Origin: Cenarchaeum sp.
Lineage (GTDB): Archaea > Thermoproteota > Nitrososphaeria > Nitrososphaerales > Nitrosopumilaceae
Assembly (NCBI GenBank): GCA_963693095.2
Contig: OY843768.1
Location: 448,001 to 512,000 of the forward strand
Direction: 5' to 3'
Length of the DNA stretch: 64,000 bases
Position 1 is the stretch's first letter, and every line of letters begins with the position of its first letter. Below are positions 62,076 to 64,000 of this stretch, in pieces. The notes below the pieces were generated by a model that had not been told where the DNA came from, did not search any database, and saw only the letters and a list, made by a program, of their open reading frames with translations. A program made the translations under genes and the position numbers.

Positions 62076-63931
62076 AGCGTGTCACCTAGGTACTTGCTGA
62101 CGGCCGCGTCAATCTTGCGGGTCCTGGCAAACGCGATGATCCTCCCCCTGCTGACCTGGTTTTCATGCACAAGGTCCTTGATCATCTCGAGTTCGGCCTC
62201 GTACTGGACCATCTTTTTCCTCTTGACCTCAAAATACAGGTCCACCCACGATTTCTCCAGTGGCGCGACTATGGAGTTTGGAACCTTTGCGTATTCGCGT
62301 ATCGCAATGACGTTCTTGCGTGACAGCTCAAACACCGCCTCAAACTGCGCCCTTGTGGGATTGCGCAAGACGTCAAACTCGCCGTGCCCGCGTATTGCCC
62401 TCTCCAGCTGGCCTCCGGCGCCCTTGATCGTGTAGACTGTGTAGACCATCTTGTTGTACGCATAGTGCAGGTACTCTGTCAGCGTGGAGAGCCCCGTAAA
62501 CTGCATCTTGTGGGGAAATTCCCCTAGGTGGGACTGCAGGCCGGCAAGATCCCCGTGGAGGGTCTCTAGGTTCCGCGTGCGTGTCTTGCGCGCCCTTGGC
62601 GCAAGCACGCCTGCTAGGTGACTCTCCCACGCCGCATTCCTCTCCTGCACGTGCCCTGGCATGACCCCGTTGCGTGGCATCGTCTCGACCTCTAGGCGCA
62701 GCATGATGAGCAGGAGCAATGGGTTGCGAAACGCGCGAAATGTGCCACTCTGGCGATTGACTAGAATCTCTGTCACGTCCCCACGCCTCTCTATGCGGTA
62801 TACGCCCGAATCTGCGTTCTCCATCCTCATTACGGTCTTTCCAAACTTTGACTTTATGGGAATCTCCTCAATGCCGTCGATCAGCCTCTGCGACTCGGCA
62901 TCGCCGAGGCGCAAGATGCGCTGGTCGCCTGCGCTTCCGCATGAATTGACTATGGACTCGACATCGTGCTCTTTGCGCATGTGCTCTGCTGCCACCCGCA
63001 GCATCTCCCTGACTGTGCGATCAGACCTGAACGCGTCCTGCGCCTGCCGATACCCTGCACTCTCTGTCAAAAACCCCGTCTTGAATATGTTTACGGGGAC
63101 ATTGTCAAGTGACACGCTGCCGATGATCCTGGCCACCGTTGGATGCTCTGGTATGCCAAACTTTGCGTATGGCCTGATCAGCCGCCCGTTGGAGTACAGG
63201 TGTATGCCATAGTCTCCCCTGATCGAGCGCCGCCTCTGCAGCGCTATCCACCCGTTTACCGTGGTGCCATTTCCGGTCGTGAACTCTATGCCCTTCACGC
63301 TGCTGTCCTCAATGTCGGGATTCCTTGCCACGCACTGCCTCCCGTTTACCGATATGGACACGATGCCGTCCCTGATGTACGGCCCGTACCGCATGCCAAA
63401 CTCGTCCCTCAATTTCGTCGCCTGGGCTGCATAGATGGCGGCGCGAAGGCCAGATATGGCTATCTCTGTCCCGTGGGTTCTGCCCTCTGCTGCGCGGGCT
63501 GAGACCTTGATCTTGTCCCAGGAGGCACCCTTGTCCCCAAGCCACTCCTCCTCGTCATACGCGAGGACCAGCCGTTGGTCTGACCCGGCGGCCCTTGTGC
63601 CTATCGAGACCATGCTCCCCAGGGCCGACGTTGCGCTCTTTAGGCCCATCCCGAACTTGCCGATCCGGCCGTCTGGCCCTGATGACGCGCCGGCTATGGT
63701 CCATGCGCGCTCGAGGCCGCCGATATCCATGCCCCTGCCGTCATCGCGCACGGTAATGGTGCCCCCTGCATAGTCTAGCGTGACCTCGATGCTCTCGGCC
63801 TCGCCGTCGATCCTCGCATCTATCGCATTGTCGACGATCTCGGCGATGGCCTGTCCTGTGCTGTATCCTGCCATGCCCAGCTTTCTTATCAGGCTCTTGT
63901 CAGGCGTGGCGTTCACGGTGAGCTCGCTCAT
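62072..63931 (-). CDS. MORC/GHKL ATPase with S5-like domain and a C-terminal AbiEi-like domain
   Basis: GHKL motifs AIAEIVDNAIDA, DDGRGM, GKFGMGLKSA and GTEI, then G..LYSNGRLI. The C-terminus has FTGLSTL..YL and VAPLEKSWVDLY. ATGA overlap with the downstream gene. Confidence 0.85.
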   Translation of the reverse strand: MSELTVNATPDKSLIRKLGMAGYSTGQAIAEIVDNAIDARIDGEAESIEVTLDYAGGTITVRDDGRGMDIGGLERAWTIAGASSGPDGRIGKFGMGLKSATSALGSMVSIGTRAAGSDQRLVLAYDEEEWLGDKGASWDKIKVSARAAEGRTHGTEIAISGLRAAIYAAQATKLRDEFGMRYGPYIRDGIVSISVNGRQCVARNPDIEDSSVKGIEFTTGNGTTVNGWIALQRRRSIRGDYGIHLYSNGRLIRPYAKFGIPEHPTVARIIGSVSLDNVPVNIFKTGFLTESAGYRQAQDAFRSDRTVREMLRVAAEHMRKEHDVESIVNSCGSAGDQRILRLGDAESQRLIDGIEEIPIKSKFGKTVMRMENADSGVYRIERRGDVTEILVNRQSGTFRAFRNPLLLLIMLRLEVETMPRNGVMPGHVQERNAAWESHLAGVLAPRARKTRTRNLETLHGDLAGLQSHLGEFPHKMQFTGLSTLTEYLHYAYNKMVYTVYTIKGAGGQLERAIRGHGEFDVLRNPTRAQFEAVFELSRKNVIAIREYAKVPNSIVAPLEKSWVDLYFEVKRKKMVQYEAELEMIKDLVHENQVSRGRIIAFARTRKIDAAVSKYLGDTL

Positions 63932-64000
63932 GCCTGAGCGGTAGGCGTCTCCTTATATATACATCAGGATTTTCGTTTAAATAGCTAAATACCTGTTTCA

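Overview
This is a GC-rich archaeal chromosome segment from a Nitrosopumilaceae-type thaumarchaeote (Nitrososphaerota). The assignment rests on 16S signature sequences, a 16S-23S operon with no spacer tRNA or linked 5S, DnaJ-ferredoxin and 3-hydroxypropionate/4-hydroxybutyrate (3HP/4HB) cycle genes. High GC, a giant secreted protein and dense defence/IS debris suggest a sponge-symbiont-like lineage (inference). The core backbone comprises meaB-mcm-mce, polB, tpi, pfdA-ftsY-argF, speB, a GSA-type aminotransferase, rRNAs, rpl11/rpl1/rpl10, archease, scpAB, the archaeal shikimate operon (no aroC in the window), two tRNA-Arg genes and an intron-containing tRNA-Tyr. AT-richer accessory inserts carry two DUF4065/YwgA-like + membrane-protein modules, a type IIG R-M enzyme, an orphan ABC/AAA ATPase and transposase remnants. 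Three observations stand out. (1) A two-gene operon encodes a MORC/GHKL ATPase apparently fused to an AbiEi-like antitoxin domain, coupled to an AbiEii-like nucleotidyltransferase. (2) A ~5,220-aa secreted Ig-repeat protein has two host domains split by in-frame, circularly permuted repeat blocks, each bounded by a 5-bp direct repeat. (3) A G21 tract lies just upstream of that gene's promoter. All family calls come from motif recognition by eye; no database searches were run.
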